The notes: a model not told the origin generated them from the sequence alone. Counted from the stretch's first letter, positions 1 through 9,718 are shown. The stretch: DNA of 64,000 nucleotides from Eubacteriales bacterium (GCA_045614425.1 JAZLCX010000143.1:24509-88508), one strand, 5' to 3'. Numbers and translations: made by a program.

Positions 1-1193
1 CCGGCGAATTTAGCCTTTAGCTGCGAATACGAAACGCCTTTGGTGGCATCCGTTACGTTGATGGAATAAATTGAGGAATTATTTTTGAGTGCATCTGCCG
101 CCTTTTTTACGGAGAATGTATGTACAGTTATGTTTGAAGGTTGAAGCTCAATGATCTTATCAACCGTTTCGGAGAAGTTTTTGAAATCATCATTCGGCAA
201 CCCGGCGATAAGGTCAACGTTGATATCCCGAATTCCGCTTTTTTCAGCAATAGCATAAGCTCGGTAGAAATCTTCAACCGTATGCCTTCTTCCTATTTCC
301 TTTAAACGTTCGTCATTCAAGGTTTGCGGATTTACGCTTATACGCGTGACACCGTATTTCTTTGCCACGGCAAGCTTTTCTTCGGTAATAGTATCCGGGC
401 GTCCGGCTTCAAGTGTAAATTCCATAAGCCCGTCAACGTCTACGTGCTCGTGAATTTTTTCAAATATACGTTCAAGCTGTGAAGCACTTAACGTAGTAGG
501 CGTTCCGCCGCCGATATAAATCGTAAGAAGCTTTACGCCAATCTCTTTAATAGTTTTCAAGGTTTCTTCAAGCTCGAAAAGCAACGCCGAAAGATAGTCG
601 TCTATCAACGAAAAAAGCCTAGGTGTCGCGTAAGAAATAAAGCTGCAATATGCGCATCTTGACGGACAAAACGGTATCGAGATGTAGAGTGATGCTGTTT
701 TGTCGGGAATTTTTTTCAGCAGCTTAAGCTCCGTTGATGCAACGGAAACCGCAAGATTAGCCTTTTGCGGATGTAAAAAATACTCATCACGCATTATGCG
801 CTTTGATTTTATGATTCCCTTTCCGCTTCTCAATAAATTCCCGGCAACCTTAGCAGGTCTTATGCCTGTGAGAATTCCCCACGGAGGTGTATGACCGAGA
901 AGCTCCTTGCCCGCGGCAAATATAGCCCGTCCCACAGCGATTGACGCGTGCGTGGCAATGGCAATCTCCTGACTAAGCGACACTGTCTCGGTAGCCTCGC
1001 AAACTCGGTCATTGAGTCTTATAGAAACATATGCCGTGACAGATTCGTCACTGTCCGGATATACGTGAACCGTTACCTCGGGAATATCCTCTCCGCCCGT
1101 CTCGTTTTCGCCAAACGTAGAACCCGGAAAGAAAATCATACAGAGCGTCTGAACATAGTATTTATTTATGTTTCCGTCTATATGAAGAATCAT
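1..1193 (-). CDS. hemZ: HemN-family radical SAM enzyme, HemZ-like (coproporphyrinogen dehydrogenase-like); partial, 3' end outside window
   Basis: Absent from the ORF track because no stop is reached. My translation from the ATG at complement 1193-1191 gives MILHIDGNINKYYVQTLCMIFFPG. The same frame gives LYISIPFCPSRCAYCSF (CxxxCxxC radical-SAM motif near 690-640) and IYIGGGTPT. The start lies 1 nt from the dtd stop. Confidence 0.75.
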   Translation of the reverse strand, partial: MILHIDGNINKYYVQTLCMIFFPGSTFGENETGGEDIPEVTVHVYPDSDESVTAYVSIRLNDRVCEATETVSLSQEIAIATHASIAVGRAIFAAGKELLGHTPPWGILTGIRPAKVAGNLLRSGKGIIKSKRIMRDEYFLHPQKANLAVSVASTELKLLKKIPDKTASLYISIPFCPSRCAYCSFISYATPRLFSLIDDYLSALLFELEETLKTIKEIGVKLLTIYIGGGTPTTLSASQLERIFEKIHEHVDVDGLMEFTLEAGRPDTITEEKLAVAKKYGVTRISVNPQTLNDERLKEIGRRHTVEDFYRAYAIAEKSGIRDINVDLIAGLPNDDFKNFSETVDKIIELQPSNITVHTFSVKKAADALKNNSSIYSINVTDATKGVSYSQLKAKFA

Positions 1194-1194
1194 T

Positions 1195-1659
1195 TTAAGC
1201 CTTCTTTCCTTTCTTTAAAACGTCGGATGACATAACGATAGTAACAGGACCGTCCGTTGTCATTTCGGTACTCATATCCGCTCCAAAGCGCCCGGTAGCA
1301 ACCTTTCGCACCTTAAGAGCACACAGGGATACGAAATATTCATAAAGTTCATTTGCCTCTTTGGGAGCCGCTGCGGCAAAAAAATCCGGTCTGTTACCGT
1401 GTGCATAGTTGGCACTCAGCGTAAAATTGGAAACAACGAGAATCTCACCGTCAACGTCCATGACTGATAAATTCATTTTGTCGTTTTCGTCACAAAAAAT
1501 TCTGAGCTTTGAAATTTTCTCCGAGAGAAGCTCGGCATCCTTTTTTTCGTCTCCCTTCTCAACTCCGAGAAGTATATAGAGTCCATGTCCAACCGCGCCC
1601 GAAAGCTCTCCGTCAGCATATACGGTTGCATTTTTAATGCGTTGCAATACAGCTATCAT
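1195..1659 (-). CDS. dtd: D-aminoacyl-tRNA deacylase
   Basis: 154 aa, MIAVLQR...SNFTLSA...GRFGADM, full-length Dtd pattern. It sits in the conserved recJ-relA-dtd order. Confidence 0.95.
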   Translation of the reverse strand: MIAVLQRIKNATVYADGELSGAVGHGLYILLGVEKGDEKKDAELLSEKISKLRIFCDENDKMNLSVMDVDGEILVVSNFTLSANYAHGNRPDFFAAAAPKEANELYEYFVSLCALKVRKVATGRFGADMSTEMTTDGPVTIVMSSDVLKKGKKA

Positions 1660-1670
1660 AAGATTGCCTT

Positions 1671-3908
1671 TCAGCCTGTAAATCCTCTTGTTACGGAAAG
1701 AACCGAGGAAATTGAGCGCAAGCGCGAAACGATAGAATCGTAATGCGAGATGCTCTTGCAGGCAACGAGAATGTTAATTATAGCATTGCCGTCTTTAAGC
1801 GACTGCGTGTTAATTTGAGATATAGACACCTTCATATCGGCAAGCGCCATTGAAATGGCGGCAATTACTCCTATACCGTCCTCAGCGGTGATTTGAAGCA
1901 TGGCTTCATAGGTCTGCTGTGAACCGTCGCGGTTTTCCCACTCGGCAACAACCCACCTTGAAAGATTACCCTCAACGCGTCTTGACGAAATCACGTTGGG
2001 ACAGTCAGTCTTGTGAATAGAGACGCCGAATCCCTTGGTGACAAATCCCACGATTTTATCACCCGGAAGAGGATTACAGCATTTTGCAAACTTAACCTGG
2101 CAGCCGGCTTCACCGTCAATTATAACACCGCCATGCGTACGCTTGCTTCTTGTCGGAGCTGCCACCTTGACCATCGAAAGCTCCTCTTCCTGAGTCAAGG
2201 GCTTTTCGGTGTCGGTATTTATTTTATCGATTTCCTCTTTGATTTTCGGCATAAAGCGCTGAAGCGATATTCCGCCGAATCCCAGTGTATTGTAAAAGTC
2301 GTCAGCATTGTTTATACCAACGCGTCTTGCAACCTGTGATACTATTTCGGAAAGCTCGGCATCCGTACAGGGCTTACCGTAGCGTTTAACCTCTTTTTCG
2401 ACTTCAGCCTTTCCGACTACTATGTTTTCTGCGCGGCGCTCCTTTTTGAACCATTGTCTGATTTTACTGCGCGCCTCGCCTGTTTTCACTATTTTAAGCC
2501 AATCGCGGCTCGGGCCCTTTGAGGCCTGCGAGGTCAATATCTCTATAATGTCTCCGTTCTGCGGAACTTTATCAATAGGAACAATAACTCCGTTGACCTT
2601 TGCGCCGGTCATTTTATTGCCGACGGCTGAGTGGATTGCATATGCAAAATCTATGACCGTAGAACCGAGAGGCAAGGAAATTACGTCACCCTTGGGAGTA
2701 AACACAAAGGTTTCGTCATGAAATATATCGGTCTTAAAGGAACGCATAAATTCGTCGGGATCGCGCGTATTCTCATCCGATTCGAGAATTTTGGCTATCC
2801 AACGAAGCTTCTCGTCTATATTGGCATCGGTATGCTCGCCCGATTTATATTTCCAGTGCGCAGCAATACCGTATTCCGCCTCCTCGTGCATCTGGCGTGT
2901 ACGTATCTGCACTTCAAACGGAATTCCGCTTCTTCCTATAACCGTCGTATGAAGCGAACGGTAAAGGTTCGGCTTAGGCGTGGAAATATAGTCCTTAAAA
3001 CGTCCCGGAACCGATTTAAAAAGCTCGTGCACATATCCGAGTGCCGTGTAGCATTCAAGCTCGGTATTTACAATTATTCTGACGGCGTAAAAATCATATA
3101 TTTCGTCAAAGACCTTATTCTGCGAATACATTTTACGATACAGACTGTATGCCGATTTTACTCTGCCCTCAAGCGTGAAATTTATATTGTTTTCACTGAG
3201 CTTTTCGGATATTATCTGCTTTGCATCTTCAATAAAGGTGCTGCTTATGCCGTTTTTTTCTTCAATAGCTGCCTTTACCTCATCGTAACCGACTCGGTCA
3301 AGGTAATAAAGGCTGATATTTTCGAGCTCTTGCTTTATCTTCTGGATACCGAGACGGTGAGCTATCGGCGCATAGATATACATCGTTTCAAGTGCGATGG
3401 CGCGCTGTCTGTCTTCCTTCTTTGCGGAGAGAGTTCTCATATTGTGAAGTCTGTCGCAAAGCTTGATGAATATAACTCTTATATCCTTATTCATAGCGAG
3501 AAGCATCTTACGGATATTCTCAATATGCGCTTCTTCCTTATCAGCTATCTGAACTTGAAAGATTTTAGTAACACCGTCGACAAGCATTGCTACGTCGGGG
3601 CCGAACATTTTTGAGATAGTCTCAAGGTTTGTTTTATCTCTGCAATCCTCAACCGTATCGTGAAGCAGAGCGGCACATATTGAGTCGGTATCAAGTCCGA
3701 GCTCTGCCACTATTACTGCAACGGCAATAGGATGGCTGATGTAGGGTTCTCCGCTTAAACGAAACTGTCCCTCGTGAAGCGCCGCAGAATATTCGTACGC
3801 CTGCTCAATTTTGGCAATTGAGTAGCTCTTCTCGTTTTTTTCTATTACGTCGTATAAAGGTTTTAGTAGTTCGTACATAAAATTACCGCATTTGACTGAA
3901 GCCAGCAC
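1671..3908 (-). CDS. relA: Bifunctional (p)ppGpp synthetase/hydrolase (RelA/SpoT homologue)
   Basis: HD hydrolase motif HDTVED, synthetase block (YRSLHTTV, FEVQIRT), then TGS and a C-terminal ACT-like region. GTG 3908 abuts the recJ stop; ATG 3878 (MYELLKPLY) is an alternative start. Confidence 0.95.
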   Translation of the reverse strand: MLASVKCGNFMYELLKPLYDVIEKNEKSYSIAKIEQAYEYSAALHEGQFRLSGEPYISHPIAVAVIVAELGLDTDSICAALLHDTVEDCRDKTNLETISKMFGPDVAMLVDGVTKIFQVQIADKEEAHIENIRKMLLAMNKDIRVIFIKLCDRLHNMRTLSAKKEDRQRAIALETMYIYAPIAHRLGIQKIKQELENISLYYLDRVGYDEVKAAIEEKNGISSTFIEDAKQIISEKLSENNINFTLEGRVKSAYSLYRKMYSQNKVFDEIYDFYAVRIIVNTELECYTALGYVHELFKSVPGRFKDYISTPKPNLYRSLHTTVIGRSGIPFEVQIRTRQMHEEAEYGIAAHWKYKSGEHTDANIDEKLRWIAKILESDENTRDPDEFMRSFKTDIFHDETFVFTPKGDVISLPLGSTVIDFAYAIHSAVGNKMTGAKVNGVIVPIDKVPQNGDIIEILTSQASKGPSRDWLKIVKTGEARSKIRQWFKKERRAENIVVGKAEVEKEVKRYGKPCTDAELSEIVSQVARRVGINNADDFYNTLGFGGISLQRFMPKIKEEIDKINTDTEKPLTQEEELSMVKVAAPTRSKRTHGGVIIDGEAGCQVKFAKCCNPLPGDKIVGFVTKGFGVSIHKTDCPNVISSRRVEGNLSRWVVAEWENRDGSQQTYEAMLQITAEDGIGVIAAISMALADMKVSISQINTQSLKDGNAIINILVACKSISHYDSIVSRLRSISSVLSVTRGFTG

Positions 3909-6101
3909 TTACTTTCGCTGCTGATTTCTAAGTCTCTTTAAAAGATTTGATTTTTCCAAGTTGGTTTTCTGTGAATAGCGAACCGTAAACTTATACGTTT
4001 CCTCACTGATTTCGTCTATTCCCATAAGATTTAATTCCTGAAGCACACGGATTATTATTTTGAGCTTAATATATCCGATATTTACAGGCTCATACCCATG
4101 CGAAAGCTTCAGCGAAATTTCACGATGAGTAAACGTGTCAAGCCCCATGCGTCCGGATGCCACAACAAAATTATATACCGCTATGAAATCCTGTCGTGTC
4201 GGAAGGATATTTTCGTCCTCGGAAAAGACGTCACCGTTCCAAATTTCATTAAATCGCTGACGTGCAGCCTGCTCGGCATCCATTATACTCTCTGTAGATT
4301 TTATATCCTTGACGATAAGCTGAACGCTTCTGCGTCCGAGCCACTCATTAACATCAAGGTTGAAAAGCACGTCTACCTTATCGCCGACACAAAGTCCGAG
4401 CGAATCCGGTGAGTTAGAAAAATACATAGCTGTTACAGTGGAATTACCGTTGCCTAAAACAAGGCGCGTATGCTTCCCGTCGCTTACCGGCATTATTTCG
4501 TTTATCCATGCTCCGCGCAGTACAAATGCGGGAATTGGATTTCCCACTCCGTACGGTTCAAGCTTTTGAAGCTGCTGGGCAAGGTTAATGTTTATATCTT
4601 CAAAATTTATAGTGCAGTCGGCCTCAAGTGTCGGGGTCATATCCACACCGGAGAGATTTTTTTCGGCATATTCGTTTATTTGCTGCCTGAAGGTATCAAG
4701 CTCAGCCCGTTTCACCGAGAGGCCTGCTGCGAGCTCATGTCCGCCAAATTTTACAAGATGGGGTGCACAGTGGCAAAGCGCATCAACGAGATTCAGTCCT
4801 TTTACGCTTCTTCCCGAGCCCTTTCCTACGTCATCGGGCGACGGCTCACCGCCACCGTTTCCCTCGAAAGAGACAAGTATTGACGGCTTTGAATATTTTT
4901 CTGTAATACGGGAAGAAACAATACCAATGACACCATGATGCCAATTATCTGCATCGAGAACAATAACCGGAGTATTTTCAACATCGATTTTTTCAATCTT
5001 CTCGTATGCCTCGTTCATTATTTTATTTTCTTCCGCCTGACGCTCGCGGTTTGCCTGACAAAGCTCCTCGACAATAGGCTTTGCCGAGTCCATATTTTTA
5101 GCCAAAAACAGCTCTACCGCTATTTCGGCTGTCCTTATTCTTCCTGCGGCATTTATTCGGGGAGCAAGGGTATATCCTACATATCCGGAGGTTATTTTCG
5201 TGCGTTTTCTGTGGCGCTCCCCCTTCTGATTATCCCTTGAAAGCGATGCGTCCATAAGCGCAAGAAGTCCCGGCCTTTCGGTATTTTCAATCATTTTAAG
5301 GCCGTAGCTGACAATTATTCGGTTCTCGTTTTTTATGGGCATAACGTCTGCGATAGTACCTATAGCGACAAGGTCTGCATATTTGTAAAAGACGTTGAGA
5401 GCCGCTTCTTTTCTAGTTTTTTTACAGATTCCTTCCTCGTATGCCGAAATCAACTTGAAGACAACGCCTACGCCCGCAAGCTCCTTAAACGGATAATTGC
5501 AATCATGCCTGTGCGGATTCACCACTGCAACAGCGTTAGGTATATCCGCGTGGCACTCGTGGTGATCTGTTACTATGAAATCCACTCCGACTTCTTTTGC
5601 ATACTCAACCTCTTCATTTGCAGTGATTCCGGTATCAACAGTTATTACAAGCTTTGTACCGTTCTCTGCAAATTGACTGATTGCCGCCAAAGAAACGCCG
5701 TATCCCTCGCCGGCTCTGTTGGGTATGTAATAATCAATGTTCGCCCCCTTGGACTTCAGATACAGATAAAGCGTGCACACAGAGGTCACGCCATCGACGT
5801 CGTAGTCACCGTAAACCGTGATTTTTTCGGATTTTTCAATAGCCTCACGGATTCTTTCGATTGCCTTATCGACATCCTTCATTTCGAATGGGTTACAGAG
5901 CATTTCGCTTTCCATACCGATAAAATTCTTTACCGACTCTACATCTTTATAACCGCGGCAGTATAAGAGCCGCGCGGTTATGGGATGTATATGGAGCGCT
6001 CTTGAAATTTTCGTAGTTACAAGCTCTGCGTCTTTATCGGCGCATTCCCTGAGAACCCATCTCTTCTCCTTTATAGTTTTTGTTTGCATTATGTAAACCA
6101 T
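3909..6101 (-). CDS. recJ: Single-stranded-DNA-specific exonuclease RecJ
   Basis: 730 aa. DHH-family motifs DYDVDGVTS, VDTGIT, TDHHE and FGGHELAAG, with a long Firmicute-type C-terminal extension. Confidence 0.92.
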   Translation of the reverse strand: MVYIMQTKTIKEKRWVLRECADKDAELVTTKISRALHIHPITARLLYCRGYKDVESVKNFIGMESEMLCNPFEMKDVDKAIERIREAIEKSEKITVYGDYDVDGVTSVCTLYLYLKSKGANIDYYIPNRAGEGYGVSLAAISQFAENGTKLVITVDTGITANEEVEYAKEVGVDFIVTDHHECHADIPNAVAVVNPHRHDCNYPFKELAGVGVVFKLISAYEEGICKKTRKEAALNVFYKYADLVAIGTIADVMPIKNENRIIVSYGLKMIENTERPGLLALMDASLSRDNQKGERHRKRTKITSGYVGYTLAPRINAAGRIRTAEIAVELFLAKNMDSAKPIVEELCQANRERQAEENKIMNEAYEKIEKIDVENTPVIVLDADNWHHGVIGIVSSRITEKYSKPSILVSFEGNGGGEPSPDDVGKGSGRSVKGLNLVDALCHCAPHLVKFGGHELAAGLSVKRAELDTFRQQINEYAEKNLSGVDMTPTLEADCTINFEDININLAQQLQKLEPYGVGNPIPAFVLRGAWINEIMPVSDGKHTRLVLGNGNSTVTAMYFSNSPDSLGLCVGDKVDVLFNLDVNEWLGRRSVQLIVKDIKSTESIMDAEQAARQRFNEIWNGDVFSEDENILPTRQDFIAVYNFVVASGRMGLDTFTHREISLKLSHGYEPVNIGYIKLKIIIRVLQELNLMGIDEISEETYKFTVRYSQKTNLEKSNLLKRLRNQQRK

Positions 6102-6167
6102 CAGTCAGGAAATTAAATTCCCGCCTTCCATTTTTATTATCAACTTTAGTTTGGGGCGGTCTGGTTT

Positions 6168-7796
6168 TCACCCGCCCAAATCAGTAGGCGCATATTTTTT
6201 CATAACGGCTAGTGCCGTTTTTATTCCGTCAATTGCGGCGCTCGTTATGCCACCCGCATAACCCGCACCCTCGCCGCACGGATACACGTTGCGTGTACCG
6301 GGAGCTATTCTGGTTTCGCTGTCGCGGATTATTCTTACGGGGGCGCTGGTTCGTGTTTCGGCGCCGGTCAGGATTGCTGATTTAGAAGCAAATCCCTTGA
6401 TTTTTCTGTCAAAATCGTATAGTGCGTTTTTTATCGACTCACATACAAAATCCGGTAAATACTCACTCGGTGAGGCGATTTTTGTATGCGATGAATTCAT
6501 ATAAGTAGGAATTACCTCCGTCGGCTCGCTTTGTACACGCCCCGAAAGAAAATCCCCTACCGTTATAATCGGTGCTGAATAATCTGAACCTCCGGATAAG
6601 TAAGCCGAACGCTCGATTTTTCTCTGGAAATCTATTGCCGACTTGGCTGTATTTCCGTAGTCTTCCTTGAAAATGGTACATACCACGGCTGAATTCGAGT
6701 TTTTTCCCGAACGCGAATGCGCGCTCATTCCGTTAACAACAACTCCGCCCTCCTCGCTTGCGGCGGCAACAACCTCTCCTCCCGGACACATACAAAACGT
6801 GTATACGCCGCGCTCTTTCGTATTGTGCGACAGGTTATATTCGGCATGCCCGAGATTTGGGTGACCGGCAAAATCGCCGTAAAGCGCACGGTCAATATTC
6901 TCGGCGAGATGCTCAATTCGCATGCCCACCGAAATATTCTTCGGCTGTATATCGTATCCCGCAGATATAAGTTGCGTGTAAGTGTCTCTCGCGCTGTTGC
7001 CGATTGCCAGAATCAATGCTCCGTACTCTATTTCACCATTATTTGTAATCGCAGAGTCCGTGCCAGATATATTCCTTGTTCCCATATATTTTGTATGGAA
7101 ACGCACCTCACCGCCAAGGCGTATGATTTCATCGATTATTCTGTCGACAACTTCGGACAGAATATCCGTTCCTATATGAGGACGCGCAAGATACATTATC
7201 TCCGACGGTGCTCCGAATTCAACAAGACGCCCGAAAACATAGGAAGAAATGGGGTCGTTAATGCGCGTAACGAGCTTTCCGTCGGAAAATGTTCCAGCGC
7301 CCCCTGCGCCAAATTGAATATTTGTTTCGGAATCGAGAATTTGAAATTTGTTAAAGCGCTCAACCGCCTTTTTTCGCTCACTGACCGAGCCGCCGCGCTC
7401 AATTAAAATCGGCTTGTATCCGCGCTCGGCAAGAAGCAATGCGGCAAAAAGACCGCAAGGACCTGCACCGACAATAAGCGGCCGTCCCTTCATCACTTCA
7501 CTTCCCGTCGGAAAATCCGGAAGACTAACCTCAGTGAAATCAGTAATATCCGAGCGTTTCAGAACATCTTCTGCGATGTTCTGCATTTTGCCGCGGACAG
7601 CAACGGAATATACAAACCTGATATCACTTTTCCGCCTTGCATCCACACTTTTCCGATGCAACGTAAAGGTCAAATCGCTCGTTCTGACACCAAGTGCGGA
7701 AAGTTTTTTCTTTGCAACCGAAAACGCCTCTTCGGAAGAGGCGTTAATTGGAAGTTTTATATTACCGACTATAAAAATCCGAGTTTCAGAACTCAT
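6168..7796 (-). CDS. FAD-dependent oxidoreductase of unknown substrate (COG2509-like)
   Basis: 542 aa with dinucleotide-binding motif IVGAGPCGLFAALLLAE. The overall pattern resembles the uncharacterised NAD(FAD)-utilising dehydrogenases common in Clostridia. Its ATG is 9 nt after the stop of the small ORF upstream. Confidence 0.8.
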   Translation of the reverse strand: MSSETRIFIVGNIKLPINASSEEAFSVAKKKLSALGVRTSDLTFTLHRKSVDARRKSDIRFVYSVAVRGKMQNIAEDVLKRSDITDFTEVSLPDFPTGSEVMKGRPLIVGAGPCGLFAALLLAERGYKPILIERGGSVSERKKAVERFNKFQILDSETNIQFGAGGAGTFSDGKLVTRINDPISSYVFGRLVEFGAPSEIMYLARPHIGTDILSEVVDRIIDEIIRLGGEVRFHTKYMGTRNISGTDSAITNNGEIEYGALILAIGNSARDTYTQLISAGYDIQPKNISVGMRIEHLAENIDRALYGDFAGHPNLGHAEYNLSHNTKERGVYTFCMCPGGEVVAAASEEGGVVVNGMSAHSRSGKNSNSAVVCTIFKEDYGNTAKSAIDFQRKIERSAYLSGGSDYSAPIITVGDFLSGRVQSEPTEVIPTYMNSSHTKIASPSEYLPDFVCESIKNALYDFDRKIKGFASKSAILTGAETRTSAPVRIIRDSETRIAPGTRNVYPCGEGAGYAGGITSAAIDGIKTALAVMKKYAPTDLGG

Positions 7797-7805
7797 TCCA
7801 ACCCC

Positions 7806-7955
7806 TTAAAGTGCCAAGCAACCAATAACGGCAAGGGCCGCATTCTGTCCGGCAATATGATGTTTTACAAGCAACCAGATTACGACAGAAAGAACGATGC
7901 ATATCAATGCCGTAAAAAGAGTCGAAAGCTTTATTCCCAAAAACTTTTTGTTCAT
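7806..7955 (-). CDS. Small membrane peptide (49 aa), possible minimal CdaR-like anchor
   Basis: Below the ORF-track cut-off. SD AGGTGA lies 4 nt upstream of ATG 7955. My translation is MNKKFLGIKLSTLFTALICIVLSVVIWLLVKHHIAGQNAALAVIGCLAL, with stop TAA at 7808-7806. It is wedged between the cdaA stop (7965) and the FAD gene start (7796). Confidence 0.5.
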   Translation of the reverse strand: MNKKFLGIKLSTLFTALICIVLSVVIWLLVKHHIAGQNAALAVIGCLAL

Positions 7956-7964
7956 ATTTATCAC

Positions 7965-8828
7965 CTAGTTTTCGTTGTCCGGCTGAGACATTCTCAGCAA
8001 CTTTTGGAAGAGAAACGGTCTCAGCGATTCTGCGTTGTAGTTTCTCGTAAGTGTGCAGTCGTAAGCGATGGATATCGTACCTGTTTCTTCCGAAACAACA
8101 ATGACAATGGCGTCGCTTGTTTCGCTCATACCTATGGCGGCTCTGTGACGTGTGCCGAGGTCCGCATCGACGTCGGTGCGTCTGGTAAGAGGCAAAAGAC
8201 AGCCGGCGGCAACAATGCGCGCATCGTCTATAACCACAGCTCCGTCATGAAGAGGTGCTTTGTCGAAGAAGATGTTTCGCAGAAGAAATGAATTTACATC
8301 CGCATTTATCGAGATTCCGGTTTCGGTTATTTCATCGAGCTTAGTGGTACGGGATATTACTATGAGAGCACCGGTTTTTGTTCTGGAAAGGTCGGTCACC
8401 GCAGAGCAAATCTGGTCGATCGCCTTTGAATAAAGAAGTCTCTTCTTCTTTTGGTCGCCGAAAGACATTATTCCCGTAACCGAACCGGAGCCCACGCGCT
8501 CAAGCGCATCTCTTATCTCGGGTTGGAAAAGTATTATAAGACCGATGACACCTACGTCAAGTATCGCTGAAAAAATAAAGTTTGTCGCATCCAGATTGAA
8601 TATGTAAGTGATAAATGTCAAAATAACAATCAGAAAAACTCCTATAAGGAGCACTCCCGCCTTTCTGCTCTTGAAGAAACGAACGGCGAGAAAAAGTATT
8701 ACTGTGAGTAAGAGTATATCCACGGCATCAGTGACGTGAAATTCCGAAAATGCGTTTTTAACAGAATCAAAAAACGAGGAAAATGCGTCCCGAACACCTC
8801 GTGATGAAATTTGTATTAATGAATTCAT
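7965..8828 (-). CDS. cdaA: Diadenylate cyclase CdaA (c-di-AMP synthase)
   Basis: 287 aa. N-terminal TM helices are followed by a DAC domain with DGAVVI and GTRHRAAIG motifs. Confidence 0.93.
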   Translation of the reverse strand: MNSLIQISSRGVRDAFSSFFDSVKNAFSEFHVTDAVDILLLTVILFLAVRFFKSRKAGVLLIGVFLIVILTFITYIFNLDATNFIFSAILDVGVIGLIILFQPEIRDALERVGSGSVTGIMSFGDQKKKRLLYSKAIDQICSAVTDLSRTKTGALIVISRTTKLDEITETGISINADVNSFLLRNIFFDKAPLHDGAVVIDDARIVAAGCLLPLTRRTDVDADLGTRHRAAIGMSETSDAIVIVVSEETGTISIAYDCTLTRNYNAESLRPFLFQKLLRMSQPDNEN

Positions 8829-8987
8829 TATCTGTAACCTCTTTGCGCAAAATAGCGCGCTGCAAATGGCATATATATAATATTACCTAATTAGTATATC
8901 ATACATTTTGCACAAATGCAATCCCTTTTTTAAAATATTTATGTCACTTTTTTTACTCATTTTTTACCAAAAACCTTGGTTACAGTA

Positions 8988-9016
8988 TTGACATTCTCAA
9001 AAAAATTGTGTATAAT
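8988..9016 (+). promoter_or_regulatory. Sigma-A-type promoter of the crp-ABC operon
   Basis: TTGACA (8988-8993), 17 nt, TATAAT (9011-9016), 33 nt upstream of the crp ATG. Confidence 0.55.
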
Positions 9017-9017
9017 A

Positions 9018-9033
9018 TGTATCAAATGATACA
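9018..9033. promoter_or_regulatory. Perfect 16-bp palindrome TGTATCAAATGATACA (CRP/FNR 5-6-5 geometry), candidate operator
   Basis: It reads TGTAT-N6-ATACA and starts 2 nt after the -10 box, so it overlaps the expected transcription start. Confidence 0.4.
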
Positions 9034-9048
9034 CTATGAGGATAATCT

Positions 9049-9714
9049 ATGGAATTAGAATATTGTGAATTCCTAAGAGACGTGTTCCTTTTCCGTAATA
9101 TCAAATGTGAAACTTTGTCTAAGATATTAAACGAAATTTCTCCGGAAATAAAGGAGTACTCTCATAAGGAGGAAATATATTCCCCGAACGATTTTGAAAA
9201 GAAACTCGGATTTGTGCTATCCGGTGAATGCACTGTAGAAAAAATAAAGCAGGAAGCCGCTGCTGTGCCGCTGAACACGCTTACCGCAGGAAAATCCTTC
9301 GGTATAATGGCTGTTTTTTCAAAAGAGGAGAAATTCCCTACCCGTATAACAGCGAAAAAGGCTACGAAGGTTCTTTTTATTCATCGGGAAGATGTTCTCT
9401 CTATTGTCAGAAAATATCCGGAAATTGCTATGAACGTCATTGAATTCTTAGCAAACAAGGTTGAGTTTCTTAACGGAAAGGTCGCAACATTTTCTGCAGA
9501 TACCGTTGAAGAAAAATTAAAAAGCTTCCTTTTAACCGAATATCGAAAAAACGGTCCGATTTTTTCTTTTAACTGCAAAAAAAGCGCTGAGTCCATAAGT
9601 GCCGGACGAGCCTCATTGTATCGAGCTCTTACATCGCTTACCGAAGCAGGAATTATCAAACTCGAAAACAAAAAAATTTATATATTAGACCCAAACGGTC
9701 TCGAAAGGAATTAA
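9049..9714 (+). CDS. Crp/Fnr-family transcriptional regulator
   Basis: 221 aa. N-terminal cNMP-binding-type barrel and C-terminal HTH (GRASLYRALTSLTEAGII). SD GAGGA lies upstream. Confidence 0.85.
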   Translation: MELEYCEFLRDVFLFRNIKCETLSKILNEISPEIKEYSHKEEIYSPNDFEKKLGFVLSGECTVEKIKQEAAAVPLNTLTAGKSFGIMAVFSKEEKFPTRITAKKATKVLFIHREDVLSIVRKYPEIAMNVIEFLANKVEFLNGKVATFSADTVEEKLKSFLLTEYRKNGPIFSFNCKKSAESISAGRASLYRALTSLTEAGIIKLENKKIYILDPNGLERN

Positions 9715-9718
9715 AAAG

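Noticed and set aside
700-1235. Plus-strand ORFs 700-894 and 948-1235 at the left edge.
   Set aside because: They lie antisense to a well-supported radical-SAM (HemZ-like) gene that the track misses only because it has no stop in the window.
2631-3614. Very long antisense ORFs opposite real genes: 327 aa opposite relA. Similar cases are 23707-24591 opposite gdpP, 16544-17251 and 15872-16474 opposite the 5S-type gene, 6717-7406 opposite the FAD gene, and 43949-44584 opposite the MreB-like gene.
   Set aside because: For 2631-3614 I checked that the frame is codon-aligned with relA. Such shadows stay open when the sense gene rarely uses TTA, CTA or TCA codons. The translations are low-complexity, lack SDs and lack recognisable motifs.
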